A DNA stretch of 63,455 nt, counting the filler, from Octopus bimaculoides (Eukaryota), in the NCBI RefSeq assembly GCF_001194135.2. It is 7 parts of 7 records of this genome, joined end to end, with 100 filler letters (N's around TTAATTAATTAA, not from the genome) between each part and the next. Parts side by side here need not be neighbours in the genome. Positions count along the whole stretch, not along the records: positions 62,330 to 63,455 come from NW_026344277.1; 6 more parts are not named here. One strand, 5' to 3'. A model generated the notes under the pieces. The model did not search any database. It saw nothing but the letters and a program-made list of their open reading frames with translations, and had not been told where the DNA came from. Numbering within the stretch: the first letter of the stretch is position 1; each line of letters starts with the position of its first letter. A program made the position numbers and the translations under genes. Positions 63,414 through 63,455 of the stretch are shown here, one piece after another.

Positions 63414-63455
<42 letters not shown>

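Overview
AT-rich, gappy animal genomic DNA dominated by microsatellites, tRNA-derived SINEs and decayed transposons. The repeat landscape looks like an octopus (coleoid cephalopod) genome; that is my inference from recognising the repeats, not a database result. I cannot identify any intact protein-coding gene, and nearly all ORFs in the track are microsatellite read-through, N-gap artefacts or transposon remnants. Recognisable elements are two mariner (DD34D) copies, a hAT transposase C-terminus, several R4/Dong-type non-LTR fragments (RT and restriction-like endonuclease), RTE-type fragments, a gypsy gag remnant, at least four SINE families (informally A-D here), MITE/foldback elements, and a 1.8-kb satellite rich in TTCCTGGAA/GGAAAGTTCC. 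The most interesting signals are three. (1) Penelope-type minimal hammerhead ribozyme motifs, including a composite element made of a tRNA-like Pol III head, (AAT)n and a hammerhead tail, with an inverted second tail (39642-40087), plus a separate hammerhead with an intact catalytic core (4996-5059, minus strand). (2) An ORF1-only (HAL1/Tx1-like) retroelement inserted into a SINE head with a 12-bp target duplication, which shares its 3' tail with a self-inserting SINE subfamily (41695-43333 vs 31268-31678). (3) SINE-A and R4/Dong fragments clustered on (ATT)n microsatellites. Six 44N-TTAATTAATTAA-44N blocks are scaffolding linkers, so neighbouring contigs may not be truly adjacent.
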